64,000 bases of DNA from an uncultured Acidobacteriota bacterium (lineage in GTDB: Bacteria > Acidobacteriota > UBA6911 > RPQK01 > JAPXNP01), in NCBI GenBank assembly GCA_963777605.1, contig CAVZRV010000008.1, positions 256,001 to 320,000 on the forward strand, given 5' to 3'. The notes beneath the pieces were generated by a model that saw nothing but the letters and a program-made list of their open reading frames with translations, made no database searches and had not been told where the DNA came from. Position 1 is the stretch's first letter, and each line of letters opens with the position of its first letter. Positions 62,316 through 64,000 of the stretch are shown here, piece after piece. A program made the position numbers and the translations under genes.

Positions 62316-63011
62316 ATGAACCGGACGAGCACTTCCTGCAGAGAATGTGGCCTTTGTGAAGTCCCGCGGGCCGAAGACCTGACTGCCCTGGTCGAATCGG
62401 TGGTCCGAGAGGTCATCGACTCGATGGGTGCCGTTCGGAGCCGAACCATTCCGGTCGGCGTCTCCGCCCGCCACATGCACATCACTCAGGAGCATTTCGA
62501 AATTCTTTTTGGCTCGGGCAAGACGCTCACCAAGCTTCGGGACCTGAACCAGCCGGGGGAATTTGCGGCCAATGAGACCGTTATGGTGGTAGGGCCCAAG
62601 CGACGCAGCATGGAGGTCCGCATTCTCGGGCCCACGCGGAAGCGCACCCAGATCGAACTGGCTTATTCGGACGGCATCTACCTGGGCGTGGACTTGCCTC
62701 ACCGCCTGTCCGGGGACATCGCGGGAACGGCGCCGCTCGTCCTGGTCGGTCCCGCCGGCGTGGTTGATCTGGAGGAAGGCGCGATCCGTGCAAAACGGCA
62801 CATCCACATCAATCCTCAAGAAGCACGTCGCCTCGGAGTCAGGAACGGACAGATCGTTTCGGTTCGAACTACGGGCGAAATGAGTGTCACCTTCAACAAC
62901 GTGGTCATTCGAGAGGGTGAAGGCCTCAATCTCGAAATACACCTCGACACCGACGAGGCTAACGCTGCCGGGATACGCTGCGGCGACCCGGTGGAGCTGA
63001 TCGTGGATTGA
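62316..63011 (+). CDS. pduL: Phosphate acyltransferase PduL with N-terminal encapsulation peptide
   Basis: PVGVSARHMH, DLNQPGEFAA, RILGPTR, RLSGD, KRHIH, HLDTDEANA. Confidence 0.95.
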   Translation: MNRTSTSCRECGLCEVPRAEDLTALVESVVREVIDSMGAVRSRTIPVGVSARHMHITQEHFEILFGSGKTLTKLRDLNQPGEFAANETVMVVGPKRRSMEVRILGPTRKRTQIELAYSDGIYLGVDLPHRLSGDIAGTAPLVLVGPAGVVDLEEGAIRAKRHIHINPQEARRLGVRNGQIVSVRTTGEMSVTFNNVVIREGEGLNLEIHLDTDEANAAGIRCGDPVELIVD

Positions 63012-63027
63012 GGGGGGAGTCGAACCG

Positions 63028-64000
63028 ATGGCTGATATCGACAAGGAACTGGTCAAAACCATTGCGAACCGCGTGATTGCCGAACTTGGGCGCAGCGGCG
63101 CCACCGATCCGCCGCCTGCTTCGGGTTCCGGCGACGGAATCTTCGATCGAGCTGCGGACGCGATTCAGGCAGCCGTGGTCGCCCAGCAGGTCTGGGCGCG
63201 AACCCCAATGGCGGCCCGGGATAGAGTGATCTCCCGGCTTCGCGCCGCGATGCACGAGCACGCCGACGAGTTCTCGCGCATGGCCCAGCAGGAAACCGGC
63301 ATGGGCCGTGTTGCCGACAAGATCCTCAAACATCACAACGCCGCCGCCGCCACCCCGGGGATCGAAGATCTGACCTCCCGGTCTTTTTCGGGCGACCAGG
63401 GGCTGGTCGTGGAAGAGTACGCCCCGTACGGGGTCGTGGCGGCCGTGACCCCGTCAACGCACCCCATTCCGGTGTTGCTCAACAGCATTATTATCATCAC
63501 GGCTCCGGGAAACGCGGCCGTCTTCAGCGTTCACCCGGCCGCCAGCCAGGTCTCAGCGCACGCTATGGCGATCTTCAACCGGGCCATTCGCGAGGCCGGT
63601 GGACCGCCAAACCTGGTTTCAATGATTCGGAAACCGACGATGGAGGCGGTCGATGAGTTGTTCCGGCACCCGGATGTCGCCTTGATCGCGGCAACGGGAG
63701 GGCCGGCCCTTGTTGCGGCAGCCTTCCGCTCAGGGAAGAAGGTTATTGCCGCCGGGCCCGGCAATCCGCCCGTCCTGGTAGACGAAACCGCTTCACTCTC
63801 CGCCGCTGCCCGGGAAATCATCCTCGGGGCCGGCTTCGACAACAACATCCTCTGCATCGCCGAGAAAGAGATCTTCGTGGTTGGTTCCGCCTTTGACGGC
63901 TTTGCCGCGGCGATGGAGCAGGCCGGTGCGGTTCGCCTGAACCGGCTCCAGATCCAGGCTCTGACCGAACGGGCCTTCATTTCTGAAGGACACGGCAAGT
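63028..64000 (+). CDS. CoA-acylating aldehyde dehydrogenase (PduP/EutE family), truncated by window end; absent from the ORF track
   Basis: Manual translation: MADIDKELVKTIANRVIAELG (encapsulation peptide), ETGMGRVADK, TPGIEDL, PYGVV...TPSTHP, ATGGP, AGPGNPPVLVDETA, FDNNILCIAEK. Confidence 0.93.
   Translation, partial: MADIDKELVKTIANRVIAELGRSGATDPPPASGSGDGIFDRAADAIQAAVVAQQVWARTPMAARDRVISRLRAAMHEHADEFSRMAQQETGMGRVADKILKHHNAAAATPGIEDLTSRSFSGDQGLVVEEYAPYGVVAAVTPSTHPIPVLLNSIIIITAPGNAAVFSVHPAASQVSAHAMAIFNRAIREAGGPPNLVSMIRKPTMEAVDELFRHPDVALIAATGGPALVAAAFRSGKKVIAAGPGNPPVLVDETASLSAAAREIILGAGFDNNILCIAEKEIFVVGSAFDGFAAAMEQAGAVRLNRLQIQALTERAFISEGHGK

Overview
A GC-rich, mostly chromosomal bacterial window. 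The gene set and intergenic repeat style suggest an Acidobacteriota- or PVC-like heterotroph; this is inference, as no marker gene is present. Carbohydrate uptake and catabolism genes are scattered throughout: two sodium:solute symporters, class 1 FBPase, a GH50 agarase-like lipoprotein, a Tat-exported enolase-superfamily enzyme, a ThuA+DUF1080 protein, a GH95 fucosidase, DUF2264 and a sulfatase. Other blocks are a TolC-EmrA-(CMP-kinase-like)-EmrB efflux operon, an acyltransferase with a LytS/LytTR pair, an AspT-family antiporter coupled to a non-canonical ArgH-like lyase, S9 and M14 peptidases, an imuA-imuB-dnaE2 mutagenesis cassette, trpB2, and a glgE-malQ-glgB-GH57 glycogen cluster interrupted by an AT-rich insert (frameshifted sensor kinase plus IS4 remnant). 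The window ends inside a bacterial microcompartment (BMC) locus: DeoR, three BMC-P pentamers, an encapsulation-peptide-bearing degenerate RpiB-like protein, PduS-like, PduT-like, PduL and a truncated PduP/EutE aldehyde dehydrogenase. This is the best candidate for a poorly described system. Non-coding structure includes a ~125 bp MITE whose duplicated CTAG supplies the stop codons of two convergent genes, two copies of a ~240 bp palindromic REP-like element, a REP hairpin inside the dnaE2 N-terminus, heptamer tandem repeats in several intergenic gaps, and a candidate SOS operator in a probably leaderless imuA promoter. Four single-base frameshifts (mpl, dnaE2 twice, kinase) may be sequencing errors. 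No rRNA, tRNA or CRISPR array was seen.
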